NCBI RefSeq assembly: GCF_018350175.1
Contig: NC_058373.1
Location: 128,092,001 to 128,156,000, forward strand
DNA length: 64,000 bases
Source of the DNA: Felis catus
Taxonomy: Eukaryota
Direction: 5' to 3'
The notes beneath the pieces were generated by a model, which worked only from the letters and a program-made list of their open reading frames with translations, had not been told where the DNA came from and did no database searches. Of this stretch, positions 1 to 12,310 are shown piece by piece; the stretch's first letter is position 1; the number at the start of each line of letters is the position of its first letter. Position numbers and translations under genes: made by a program.

Positions 1-9
1 GTCTTTGGG

Positions 10-122
10 AACTCCTGGGAAGCTTTAAAAAGTACTGATGCCTGGATTCCCTGCCAGATTCCCTGATTGAGTCTACCCGGGCTATGGCCTGGGTGCCAGG
101 ATATTGTAAACTCCCTAATTGC
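10..122 (+). mobile_element. MER5-type hAT-Charlie MITE fragment
   Basis: ctgggaagctttaaaaagtactgatgcctgg...cagattccctgattgagtcta...ggcctgggt resembles the MER5A/B core. Confidence 0.55.
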
Positions 123-1689
123 TGGGAAAACAAAGACAAAAAAAATCCACTGTCACTATGTGCAGCATTTAAGTTGGCTCAACCTTAAAGCAGCCATTTA
201 GAGTGGTCTTTGCTGGTGTCTGAACAACATTCAAATTGAACCTACTGCTTTTCTAGCTAGTATATATGAACTACTCCTAAAAATACATTACTTTAAACAG
301 ACATCTATTCCAGCTTCTCACTGGAATACAGACCTGGAAAAGTAGGTCTTATCTATTCTCAGAAGAGGGTCAAAAAGAAAGAGGGAAGTTATAATATACA
401 TGGAGATACAAAAAAAAGTTACTTAAAAGTACAATAATAATAATAACAATAATAAATTGGGAAGACATATCCCCAAAGACCAACACTTCAGAAGCTTCCC
501 TTGTTTCCCAGTGTCTGAGGATAATACTGCAGTCATTCTTGCCCCAGTCCCCCGTTCCCAGCTCCGAATTCTCCTAGCAATTGGCATTCGTCTGGGAAAA
601 GCAAACATACCCATGCATAAAGCCTTTAGCCCTTGAGGTTCCCAGAAAGAAAATTAGTCCACATGGTAGATCAGAAATGTAAAAAAAAAAGTAGGGGTTG
701 CTGGCAGGATAGCAACTTGATGACTTAAGAATGTGTAAGTGGCTGTTGGCAACAGGGATTGGCTGTGAACTTTGAGCCCCTCTGGGTTTGTTGGCTGTGG
801 GAGTCCTAATTATGAGCATAATAGATAAACTCATCATGGTCATAACAAGCTACTTAATCTGGTTCTGCTAATAACAGCCAATTAAGTTTGCATTCTGAAA
901 TGATTTCTAGAATTGAAGGTAGGTGGATTTTTAATTATGTATTGTTTGAAAACATTAAAGATTTTGAATCAAGGGCTTAAACCATTATCTTTGGTATGTG
1001 TAATAGTTCTGATCATACCAAAATTGTCTCCCATGCCTTAAGTAGCAAATCAATGACAAGTGGAGTCAAATTGTTACGTCATTTGGATATAGGAGATTAG
1101 TATTATGTGTTTATACTATTTCTTCCTCTAGACGTTCCATTATTTCTGGTTAATTTTCATCAAGATACCAAGTGGTCTTTTATGTCTATTTTTATTTCCC
1201 AGCACTGATTCTAACTACCTAACATTTGTTTGAATTTGGATTTAATAAATGCCTTCTTCTCAACCCCTACAGCTAAGCGTTTGAACTAGTGGGTGGGTAA
1301 TGAAGATATATAAAGATAAAGAGGAGAGAGGAACACTGGAATTACATATATTAGGTCTGCAGTGTCTAAAGATGTTTGCAATGCTTTGATTTTGCTGTAG
1401 CTGCTGGTGGAAATAGAAGATGAATAAATATAAACTTAAATCACGGTCTAAGATATAGGCAAAGGAGCCTCAGTTTGGCCGCATGTCTCTTTCTGTAAAC
1501 ACAATTTGCAGCTAACAGAAGTAAAAGAACGATTGCTTTCTAAATTCACATTTTGGAATCTCTCTATGTACTTATTTGTGTTTATCTGTTGGATTGTTGG
1601 CTTTGTTCTGTTTTATTAGGTCCTATTTTGAGATGCTTATGGAGAAGAGGAAAGTACGTTTCTCTGTCGATGTTTAATAGGAGAGTTTT

Positions 1690-2131
1690 GGGGAATGCCT
1701 GGGTGGCTCAGTTGGATGAGCATCCGACTACTGATTTTAGCTCAGATTATGATCTCACAGTTTGTGAGTTCAAGCCCCATGTCAGGCTCTGCACTGACAG
1801 CAAGGAGCCTGCTTGGGATTCTTTCTCTCTCCCTCTCTCTCTCTGCTTCGCTTTCTTTCTCTCTCTCCTTCTCAAAAATAAATAAATAGGGGCGCCTGGG
1901 TGGCGCAGTCGGTTAAGCGTCCGACTTCAGCCAGGTCACGATCTCGCGGTCCGTGAGTTTGAGCCCCGCGTCAGGCTCTGGGCTGATGGCTCAGAGCCTG
2001 GAGCCTGTTCCCGATTCTGTGTCTCCCTCTCTCTCTGCCCCTCCCCCGTTCATGCTCTGTCTCTCTCTGTCCCAAAAATAAATAAAAAAAACATTGAAAA
2101 AATTAAAAAAATAAATAAATATTTAAAAAAA
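1690..2131 (+). mobile_element. Older CanSINE, interrupted in its A-rich tail by a younger CanSINE
   Basis: tRNA-like head gggaatgcctgggtggctcagttgg, (CT)n tract, AATAAA tail; TSD aataggagagtttt (1676-1689) / aatagaagagtttt (2132-2145). Confidence 0.93.
1889..2106 (+). mobile_element. Young feline CanSINE (SINEC_Fc-type)
   Basis: Full length, 13 CpGs retained; TSD aaaaataaataaata at 1874-1888 and 2107-2121. Confidence 0.97.
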
Positions 2132-2194
2132 AATAGAAGAGTTTTTGTTGGACACGTGGATTTAGGCGTGAATCAGAGTGCCAGCCTATAGTAC

Positions 2195-2340
2195 TGATTC
2201 TTGAACTCTGGCATGGTCAGAATCTCCTGAAGGGCCTGTGAAAACAAGGATTACTGGGGAGTACCCAAGAATTTATGTTTCTAACAGGTTCCCAGGTGAT
2301 GCTGATATTGCTGGGCCGGGGACCATCGTGTGGACCATAG
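2195..2340 (+). mobile_element. MER5A-like hAT MITE
   Basis: cagaatctcctgaagggcctgtgaaaac...tttctaacaggttcccaggtgatgctgatattgctgggccggggacca matches the MER5A layout. Confidence 0.75.
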
Positions 2341-3324
2341 ATCTATTAGCACTAGTAAAACAGTAATATTGAGGAGTATAATACAGAAAGGCCGGGCCAG
2401 TTTAGTCAGAATGTAAAGTCTCAATTGATTCACTCTACAAACATGAATCCAGATGAAAAACAAAGTGTATTTATGGTTCCTTCATTAGCACATCAGATTT
2501 TGTAATTTCCCCAGAAACCAGTTTAACACCAGAGAATGTATTCTTTGCTAGAACCCAGTTTCCATCTTTCTGTCTAAATGTCACTGACATTGATGGGATC
2601 TATATACTTTATCCTCCCGCTTTTCATTGACTATTATTATTACTGGTATTATATCTCTACCATCATGAGGAACAACCAAGGCAACATTTTTTTATTAGGT
2701 TCTAGAAGGTAACTTAGTGTTGGTGTTCAAGCACCTGTTCCTAAATGCCTAAATCTCAGGGTCACTGGATCAGGTAAGACTCATCCTCAAATCCAAATCC
2801 AAAGATGCTATTGAAAACCCCAGTGTTGGGTACAACAAGCTTTTATTGCAGTTCTTAAAACCACATTTAGAAAGAAATCCCAATTTCCCGAACAAAGTCT
2901 TTGTGGAACTAGAGGTACAAATAATCCCAACGGGCAGGGCTTAATGGGAATCTAGAGCAGGAATGTGGAGTCATAAATCGTTATACTCCTGACAGCAACA
3001 GAATCATGGAGCAAGTTAGAACTGACCCATGAACCACCCAAATGAAACAACAACACAAACTTTCATCTGGGCAGATGGATACCAGGGTTTCTATGGCTTT
3101 TTTCACCTTAATCAACCAATCAAATCTGTTTCAGATACCTATGCACTCCTCACACATCCAGACATCAATTTCCTGGCCAATCCATTCCTTACTTTACCTT
3201 TAGATAATTTCTTTAGCAATTATTTCCCGCCTATGTCACCCATATGTTATTGGAAGGAGGTCTCTGTAGATATTGGTCCTTCTGAAGATACTCAGTGCAA
3301 ATGATGGATCACAGAGATTACATA

Positions 3325-3485
3325 AGGTTAGAGCAGGAAGAGTCTGTGGAGATGAGCTAATCTAATTTTGTCATTTTAAAGATGAATACATTTAGGTGGA
3401 GATGAGAGAAAGTCACATGGCCAGTTGGCAACATATGATATAAGAGTGCTGAATTGTGACTCTCTGCATGGTATACTTTTTCTTA
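3325..3485 (-). mobile_element. MIR fragment
   Basis: Degenerate antisense MIR core tcattttaaagatgaa followed by agtcacatggccagt. Confidence 0.5.
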
Positions 3486-3597
3486 CTCAATACACCTTCT
3501 TAAGGAATTCAGTTACTCTAGAAGATACCTGTCAAGACTAGCCTGATTACAAGGTCTGGAAATTGAAATTGATCTACTTGTTTTGTATGTTGCATTG

Positions 3598-4088
3598 TGT
3601 ATTATGGTTCTATTTTGCAAAGGAACAGGACCAATAGGATATATAGATATGGATATATAGATATTGATGTCTATATGGAGAGGTTTCTTTTAAGAAATTG
3701 GCTGACATGATTGTAGGGGCTGGCAAGTCTGAAATTCGTAGGGCAGACCTGAAGGTTGGAAGCTGAGATGAGAGTTGATATTGCAGCCTTGACTCTGAAA
3801 TCTATAGAGCAAGCCAACAGCATGGAAACTCAGGCAGGGTGTGCATTTTGCAGTCTTGAAACAGAATTGTTTCTTCATCTGGAAACCTTAATTTTTGCCC
3901 CTAAGATCTTCAACTGACTGGATGAGATCCACCCACATTATAGAGGGTATTCTGCCTTACTGTAAGTTCCCTGATTGTAAATCTAATCACATCTACAATT
4001 ACTTTCACAGCAGCATCTAGACCATTGTTTGACCAAAAACCTGGGTATGATAGCCTCGCCGAGTGTGTGCATAATATTAACCATCACA
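3598..4088 (-). mobile_element. MLT2 (ERVL) solo LTR, MLT2C/D-like
   Basis: Ends in attaaccatcaca (reverse complement of the MLT2 start TGTGATGGTTAAT); internal caactgactggatgagatccacccacattat and gaacaggaccaatagga. Confidence 0.88.
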
Positions 4089-4154
4089 TGTTGGTTTACC
4101 TGTAATTCCTAAATATGGGTTTCATTCAATAGTCTGCATGACTTGAGAGGTCTA

Positions 4155-4594
4155 CACTAGTCGCCCCCTATCCATGGATGATACATCCAAGAACCCCAGT
4201 GGATGCCTAAAAGCACAGATAGTGCCAAACCCCATAGGTCCTGTTCCCACACATACATACCTATGATAAAGTTTAATTTATAAATGGATGGAGTAAGAGA
4301 CTAACAACAGTAATTAATAATAAAATAGAGTAATTACAGCCATTTACTATAGTAAAAGTTATGTGAATGTAATTTCTCTCTATCTCTCAAAATCTTAGGG
4401 TACACTACTTACCCTTCTTGCGAAGATGTGAGTGAAAATGCCTGCATGATGAGATGAAGTGAGGCGCATGATGGTACACATTGTGACACAGTGTTAGCCT
4501 ACTCTTGTCCTTTTGACGTATTGTCAGAAGGAGGATCATCTGCTTCCAGATGGCTGTTGAAGAAAGTGAAATCATGGGTAAGTAGGGGCTACCA
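4155..4594 (+). mobile_element. Tigger2a/MER28-like TcMar DNA transposon, near full length
   Basis: Degenerate TIRs cactagtcgccccctatcc / gggtaagtaggggctacca, TA on both flanks, internal catacatacctatgataaagtttaatttataaat and gatgagatgaagtgagg. Confidence 0.88.
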
Positions 4595-5753
4595 TAATTA
4601 GAAAGCACCAAGTTGAAAATTGCCTCCGTTAAGCAATGTTCCCCAGTCTAGCCTTAGCTGAGGTTGTGCTCTCATCACTGTATTCCTCTCTTTATCAATT
4701 TGCACCAATCTTTGCATGAAGACTAGGGCTTGGATAATTACCACTCGAAAGAACCATTCCTTTAAGGGGTCTTTGATAGGGACAGAATGGGATTAGCTAA
4801 ATGGCTCAGTATGTAAAAATGCCTTATAAACTATACAATTTTACTCACCATTCATTTTTAGGAGTTCTTCAAGGGTTGGGATATTATCTAAGCTGTTTCT
4901 TTTTCTCTCAGAAAGGCAACTGAAAGTTGATTCTTCAGATTTAAGGAGACATTGACATTGGTCAGCTGAGACCACAACCAAAGAAGCCTGAATTGCTGGG
5001 CTTTTTTCTATGTAACTTATGAAGAATATTACCTCTGTCTATGCTTATGTTAAAGTAAGCTTTCAAAGTGAAGCTGCCCAAAAGTATTTTTGGTGTTTTC
5101 AAGACTCACACACTTAGAGATCATTGTCACAGGTAGAATTCTTGACTTTCCTTGAAACTCCTCTTCCCATTGCTCCCTGATATCCTAAAGGTCCCTCCAC
5201 CCCTGCTGCTTCCTTCAGAATAATTTACAACCATGAATTCTGTGGGAATAGCAACAGTGAGTGCAATCCAGAAATTATGGAGTAGTTCCATCTATTCAAT
5301 GGGAGCCTATTAAAAATTTAAAGAACATTGTCTCAAGTCAACTTTCTAATAATGATTGGCTTACTCCGGTTCCTTTCTTATAAAAGAAACTCAAAAGCTC
5401 TCTTCTAATTTCAGAAAGCATATGTTTGCTACTGTTCTTTGGTTTAAAAATGGGAGTAGATACAACCATAAAAAAATCACAGTATATTTCACTGTATTGA
5501 CATCAGGGGCAAAAGTACATATTAAGAAATACATGTTAGGTCGGGAAATTATACTCATAATTTATTCTAAGTTTAACAAATTCAATACTGGATTTTAACT
5601 TCCCAGAATTTTAATTTTTTAATTATCCTGGGTTTAGAGTTGTGTTTATTTTCCTTTTTTGCTTTGTTTTTAAAGGCTAAAATTTGAAATGTTGAAATCT
5701 CACCCCTATGTCTTGGGGTATACAATCACATTGCTTAAAAAATGCCTACCTTT

Positions 5754-5893
5754 GGGGGCATCTGGGGGGGCTCAGTCAGTCGAGTGTCCAACTCTTAATT
5801 TCAGCTCAGGTCGTGGTCTCACAATCTTAGAATTGAGCCCCAAGTCAGGCGCTACGCTAAGTATGGAGCCTACTTGTTCTCTCTCTCTCCCAT

Positions 5894-5927
<34 letters not shown>

Positions 5928-5943
5928 AAATAAATAAATAAAC
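5754..5943 (+). mobile_element. CanSINE (older)
   Basis: gggggcatctgggggggctcagtcag head, (CT)n tract, aaataaataaa tail. Confidence 0.9.
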
Positions 5944-6114
5944 CTCTTTTTTAAATGCTACTTGTTTGTGAAAAACTGCGCTAAGTGTCATGACCTTGAC
6001 AAAGACATCTACGATTCTACTTGATACTAAGTCTTTTTCCCCCCAGTTCCTGACAGCATTCTGTTTGCTGGGCTGCTGTATCACACTGGGAAACCATAAG
6101 GCATGTTAGGCAAC

Positions 6115-6272
6115 TTCTGCATGTCAGGCACTTGCTCAACATTTAATCTTCAGAAAAGTCCTAAGAAGTTGAGATAAAGGGCCTCATTTTACAGATTAAG
6201 GACTGAGTGTTAAATTATGTAAAGAACTCAAGGCCCGGCAGTATGTAATATGCAAACACAGGATTTAAACTG
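6115..6272 (-). mobile_element. MIR fragment
   Basis: ctcattttacagattaaggactgag core followed by caggatttaaac. Confidence 0.65.
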
Positions 6273-6289
6273 CTTACTAGCTAGCTGTT

Positions 6290-6445
6290 TGTATTTACTC
6301 ATCCACTTAGAGCTCTGTCAGAACTAAATAAACTGTTCTATTTATCTGTTTATTCTCAACTCCAAGTACAATCCATCGCACATAATAATTAATTAATCTT
6401 GAGCGACTGAATGAATGGACGAATGAATGAATGAACAAATGAATG
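6290..6445 (+). mobile_element. L2 3' end
   Basis: Ends in the (TGAA)n tail typical of L2. Confidence 0.55.
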
Positions 6446-6875
6446 TGTTTTTTTCCCTAAATTCAGGTCTTTAACAGTAAATTTAGAGATTTACAAAGTA
6501 AAACCTCAAAAAGATAAGAACTTCTATATCCATTTCCCCTGTGAATCCTATTTCAAGGTTTCCTCTAGAGGTGAGCAGTTTTTTACCTTTGACACCAGGT
6601 TAACACATAATTATCTTCTTATTGTGAAAAGTGGAAAGGTTATCATGACATTTGATGGGAAAAGTCAACTGAAATAATATGTTCTATGAAATAAAACCGT
6701 TGGAGAAGAACTCCAACACTGTTCCTTTATTTTTCTGCTAAGTATACATGTGTTTAGCCACATATAATTAACATTTATAAAGCCCATAAAAGCTTACCTG
6801 AAACTTTTGGCAGGTAATTAGTAAAATGAATTGATTAATGTGCATCTTAATCATTGATATTGGAGTGGTTCTGTG

Positions 6876-6877
<2 letters not shown>

Positions 6878-6914
<37 letters not shown>
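6878..6914. repeat. (TG)18 microsatellite
   Basis: Read directly from the sequence. Confidence 0.98.
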
Positions 6915-6917
<3 letters not shown>

Positions 6918-7187
6918 CACGAATGCCTGTTTCGCACCCCTGTACAGAAAAACTGTTACAAGTTTAATGTCATGTCCTGTCCAGCTTCTTGAAAAAAAAG
7001 ACATAAAAACTTCTATGATTTTGATTCATTGCATAAATATCTTTTCAAACATAATAAATTTAGGACATAAAATCCAAAGTGATATGTGCAATTAGAATTC
7101 CAAGTTAATAGTGAACATAAAATGATTGTATCTGAGAATATGTATCAGATTATGTTACCCAAATTTAAGTGATATGTCACTTATCTT

Positions 7188-7404
7188 TTTTTTAACGTTT
7201 TTTTTTTATTTTTATTTTTGAGACAGAGAGAGACAGAGCATGAATGGGGGAGGGCCAGAGAGAGAGGGAGACACAGAATCTGAAACAGGCTCCAGGCTCT
7301 GAGCTGTCAGCACTGAGCCCGACACGGGGCTCAAACTCACGGACCGCGAGATCATGACCTGAGCTGAAGTCGGACGCTTAACCGACTGAGCCACCCAGGC
7401 GCCC
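7188..7404 (-). mobile_element. Young feline CanSINE
   Basis: Full length antisense copy; perfect 18-bp TSD tgatatgtcacttatctt (7170-7187, 7405-7422). Confidence 0.97.
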
Positions 7405-8104
7405 TGATATGTCACTTATCTTGTGTCATTTCTAACGGGCAGCATTAACAGTATGTTTAAGAATCTATTATACTTATATTCTATGAACTAATGAAGGAAG
7501 TGAAGATTTTCTTGAATGTGGTTTAAGAAATAAATTCTTTAAAAGTCCCTAAACTTGGCTTTAGGTCTTTACAGATATTTTCTAGAACTTAAAGACATTT
7601 GAGGACTCCTTCCTTATAGTTGAGTGTAAAGTATTTTATGGGAAGCTAAGTTTTTACTGAGCAGACTTTTAGAAAGCTGACATCATGACTTTCATAAGAA
7701 ATATTTTAAAAACCTGGGGCAGAGATTTTATTAAGTGATTAATTAATGAGAGAAACATTAGGATAGTATTGCTGCTTCGAGGGGAACCCAAAGAACACAA
7801 TTAGCTAGGCAGTCAGAATTTGTGACAATGAATTTATGACTATATCCACAATTAGTCAATATCTATAGAACAATAATCAACTACATTCTATCAGGAGGAA
7901 ATCTTGCATTTCTAGGGACTAGAATTATTTGCATTATGATTAGGTTTCTACAACTTGCAGAGTTGCAAATAGCTCAAGGACAACAAAAGATAAAATATAC
8001 TATATGGAAGGCTTGACCAGATAGAACATTCCTTGATGGGTTTGCCCATTTCAAAATTTTTTACAGTATGTCCTGATACTTGAATAACACATCTTGGAAA
8101 AGTC

Positions 8105-8129
8105 TTTTTTAAGTTTATTTATTTACTTT

Positions 8130-8168
<39 letters not shown>

Positions 8169-8301
8169 GGAGAGAGAGAATCCCAGACTCTACTCTGTCA
8201 GTGCAGAACCCAAAGCGGCTCGAACTCACAAACCATGAGATCATGACCTGAGCTGAAATCAAGAGCCCAACGCCCAACCGAATGAGCCACCCAGGTGCCC
8301 C
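8105..8301 (-). mobile_element. CanSINE
   Basis: tttatttattt, (GA)n tract, ends in gagccacccaggtgcccc. Confidence 0.95.
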
Positions 8302-10539
8302 AGAAAATTGTTTTGGTAAACTATCAGTTGACTTTCTGTGGGACATGGGATGTCAGAGGCTATCAAGGCTCTAGAGAAGGCAGTGAGGCCACTTTGCAGG
8401 AGATAAGAGAAGGGCCGTATCTATCTTCTGAAACAGAGTGCATGAGGTAGAACGTGAATGGAGAATGTCACAATGCTCAGTGTGCACCCTCACCAACTTT
8501 TCTGCAATCTGAGTTTCAACAGAACAAATAAAATGACAATGCCTGTGTGATTGGATTTGTAGTAAAAACTGGTGAATGAAGAGCTCACAGTTGTGGTAAT
8601 GTAGGGAAGGATCAGCATGTGAGAGCTCAGAGATAGAGGAACAAGGGGAACTTTAAAGGAAATACAGAAATCTGAAGAAGACAGAAGGCTTACCAAGAGC
8701 ACTGTGGAATCAGATCCGTGAGGTAATCCTATTGCTATCCAAAGGATCAGAGAGGGGCCAGTTTACATTTGGATTAGACATAAAATGTTGTGAGCAGTAT
8801 CTACCACAAAAGCTTTTTGAGTAATAAAAGCATATATACTGTTTATGGTTTGAAAAGGGTTACGTGGAAAGTAGTTCCTGTACTTTCTGTATGTGGTCTG
8901 TTTGATAGGCATCAGGCCCTCAGTGAATGCTAATGTTCTCTCTGACATCTACATTTTCTACCTTGATGCTTTCGCTGTAACGACTTCATGGCCCTTAGAG
9001 TGCCTTGCCTTCTCTTTTCTGCTTAGCTAGTGTCTTTCAGCCAAATTCTGGAAGCACCATGGAAGTTATCTTGGTGGACTTTCATCTTCCATTTGAAGAT
9101 TTACACTTAGAACAGTACTGCTAACAATACCATTGTGTTTTTCCCAGTTAGACCATAAGCTCCTAGAAGGCACTGAAACACATGTAATATTATTTTTGTT
9201 CTTCAGTAATATTTGTTCATTCAGGGAGTATGAGTCTTTATTAATGGACTCTAAAGGAAATGTCAGTCATGGCCAAACATTATGAGTTTTCTTTAATCAT
9301 CCCAAGGTATTTATATGAAATATGACACAATAAAGGGTTTACTTTCATGAATTTGCAACAGAATCAGGTTATTTAACATTTATTAAGATTATTTGTTATG
9401 TGACATTTGCATACGAGGCATTGTTATACTCATTATGTCACTTGATTCTGCTTATTTTCCTGGAAGTACAATTTCACAATGTGAGGAGATGCAAAGTTAA
9501 CAATTATTGAGGGGTCATGCAATTATTGAGTGCCTTTGTCAGAAGTAGTAATCAACACCTCTGATTTCTATTAACTCCCAGCTATGTTTTGATGAAGCTT
9601 AAATAATTCAGTGGAGATCTCAGGGCATGGTGGAGTGTGCATCTAGCAATCAGCCACCGTAATAGACACTTTCTTAGTTTCTTATTTACCTTTTTATTCA
9701 ATATGCCTCTTTCTTTTCCCTTTACCACAAGATAATGTGGCTGAAAACAAAAGCAGGTCTCTAATGATCAACTCTATATTTGACCTTAAACAAATAAATT
9801 AGCTTGTGTGGTGTTCTCTGGGTAGTCTCAGCATCCATAGCTGGATCATGATGCTAGTGATGAAACATACCTCAGGAGTTTGTTCGTAATCGACAGATGC
9901 TGTAGAAACCCAATGCATTATTTTTATTTTCCCATTTTCACTTTCCTTTCTCCTTTGCTGCTGTTTAGAGTTGGGTCTTCCAGTGCCACTGACGTGAGCT
10001 ACTTAACTCTCAGCTGACACTTACGACTTTAATAGTTTAGATGATGATCTAAATTAGCCTTTAGGCTGTCTCAGCCCCTAGAAAGTGTTGAGTGTCTCCT
10101 CTAACTGTTGCATTTCACAGGATGTATTCTTTGAGTTGACTTCTTCCATTGATTGTCATGATAACCTTCTCATTCTTCACAATGGGGAGATAATTGCGTG
10201 TTAACCTCATGTCTGAGGTAAAAAGCTGCCAACTTTTTGACCTAAGCCTTGGTATAGGACATAGAGGGGCCTGAAAATTAATGTTCTTATCAGTTCGAGG
10301 TTTAACACTTTGTCCATCTTTAAGAAGTTCCTTTGAAAGGGCAGAAGGATTCAAAATGCCGAAAAAAGGTAACTCCAAATGCAAATATGTGAATTTTGAT
10401 TTTTAAAACAGAAACTGGTTTCTTTATACAGAAGTATTTTGCCTAGAATGAGGAGTTGCTTTGATAGGTCTATCAAATCCTGGAAGCCACTATTCTAAAA
10501 TTCAAAACAAATCAGGCAGTAGACCTGTAGTATATGATG

Positions 10540-10655
10540 TAAGTCCAATCTGATTTTGATTGCTAGCCCTGCCAACTGTAAGCCTTGTTGTAATTTTGGA
10601 AAAATCAACTTAGCTTTGGCCTCAGTTTCCTCACTTGTAAAAAAGCGAGTAACAC
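10540..10655 (+). mobile_element. MIR fragment
   Basis: MIR core ggcctcagtttcctcacttgtaaaa. Confidence 0.7.
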
Positions 10656-11144
10656 TTTTTACTGTTAAATTTCAGCTCTAATTCCCAGGCTGCAAAAGAA
10701 CAGATTTTCCACACCCTCGACTGTGAATATTTTGACATCTGAAGTAATAGCCATAAAATTTGCATTATCACTCTGTGTTATTTTACCCTCACTTGGGGTG
10801 AGTGCTCCTTTTTTTTTCAAATATCCTTGGGGTCCCCAGCTACCCTCTGCTTAAAAAATTTTCTTTTCATCCTAATACTCCTTTTTTTTCTCCTTGAAGC
10901 ACTATTCTATCACCAAATTTATATTTAATTTTTTTAGCTAATGCTTTTCTCTGTTATTATCTAAAGCATTTTAAAATTAAACATCAAACTCTTGCTCTCT
11001 ATAACCATGTTCGTGTATATGTGTGCTCGACTATAAGAAATGTCCTTCTGCTTTATATTTTTGACACCCAATTATACAAATTTACTCAAACTCTTTCTTC
11101 TGAACTGTTAAAACACTGGTAGATTCATTATGAAGTATGGTGAG

Positions 11145-11922
11145 TGTATTAGTTTTCTATTGATGCATGATAAATTACCAAAAATCTAGTAGCATAAAAC
11201 AACACATATATATTGTCTTACCATCTCGGTGAGTCAGAAATCCAGGCATAGTTTGGCTGGGTTCCTTGCAAGGCTGCATTCAAGGTGTCTGCCAAGACTG
11301 GATTCTCATCTAAGGCTTTCCTAGATCATGTGGGAATAATCTGCTTTCAAATTCATGTGATTGTTGGCAGAACTCAATTTTTTATAGGCTGCTGGATTGA
11401 GGGCCTAAATTTCTTTCTGGCTGTGGGCCAGAAGCCACCCTCAGCCCCTTGCCACCTGGTCCTATCTATAAGGTAGCTCATAATGTGACAAGTTGCTTCT
11501 TGAAAGGCGGAAATGGAGAGCATCTTTTAGCAAGACAGATGTTAGTATTATGTAACATAATCATGTATACCTAACCTCATACATCCAGTCACTTTTACCA
11601 TATTCTTTTTTTTTTATTTATTTTTAACGTTTATTTATTCTTGAGACAGAGAGAGACAGAGCATGAACGGGGGAGGGTCAGAGAGAGGGAGACACAGAAT
11701 CTGAAACAGGCTCCAGGCTCTGAGCTGTCAGCACAGAGCCCGACTCGGGGCTCGAACTCACAGGAGATCATGACCTGAGCCGAAGTCGGCCGCCTAACCG
11801 ACTGAGCCACCCAGGCGCCCCATACCATATTCTACTGGTAAGAAGCAAGTCACAGATCTTGCCCACACTCAAGGGGAAGGGATTATACAAGAATACCAGG
11901 AAGCCAAAGTCCCTCCACCACA
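11145..11922 (-). mobile_element. MLT1 (ERVL-MaLR) solo LTR, MLT1E/F-like, interrupted by a CanSINE
   Basis: Starts tgtattagttttctattgatgcatgataaattacca...aaaacaacac and ends ccaccaca. Confidence 0.85.
11607..11821 (-). mobile_element. Feline CanSINE inside MLT1
   Basis: Full length antisense copy; TSD taccatattct (11596-11606, 11823-11833). Confidence 0.96.
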
Positions 11923-12009
11923 GCGAATAAAGGTAGGATATCTGAAGAGTTAAAGAATACTCACCATATTTCTTTTTTATTGATGAGGGAAGCCCAGATT
12001 ATTGATAAC

Positions 12010-12310
12010 CTTGTAAATCACAGGAAAGATCATGAACTATGTTAAAAAGACAATGACATTCCATTAAAGGTTCTGAATACCAAGGTGTCAACATGGCCAT
12101 GCATTTTTGGAGGATTGCTGATTACTATCTGAAGAAAGCAGTTGGAGGGGACAAGACTGGGAGAAAAACCAGTTATGCTGCCCATCAATCCATGTAAAAG
12201 GCAGAATCACAACAGATTAGGGCGTGGCCACATAACTGAAAAATGGCGTGCGGACGTGAGATGTTGTTCTGAAAGTAGAATTGACAGAGCTTAGTAAAGT
12301 AAAAAGAACT
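12010..12310 (-). mobile_element. L2 fragment
   Basis: Purine-rich antisense L2-like phrases (ccattaaaggttctgaa, ttggaggggacaagactggga, aagtagaattgacagagctt). Confidence 0.55.

Noticed and set aside
2718-3300. Possible very old LTR-like element
   Set aside because: I could not assign termini, a TSD or a family with any confidence.
9620-9660. Resemblance to the 5' end of 7SL RNA (cagggcatggtggagtgtgcatctag)
   Set aside because: Only about 19 of 27 positions match, similarity does not continue, and there is no A tail or TSD. This is compatible with chance.
9857-10017. C/D-box snoRNA-like words (gtgatga ... ctga)
   Set aside because: No terminal stem and no recognisable rRNA or snRNA guide. 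Such words are common by chance.
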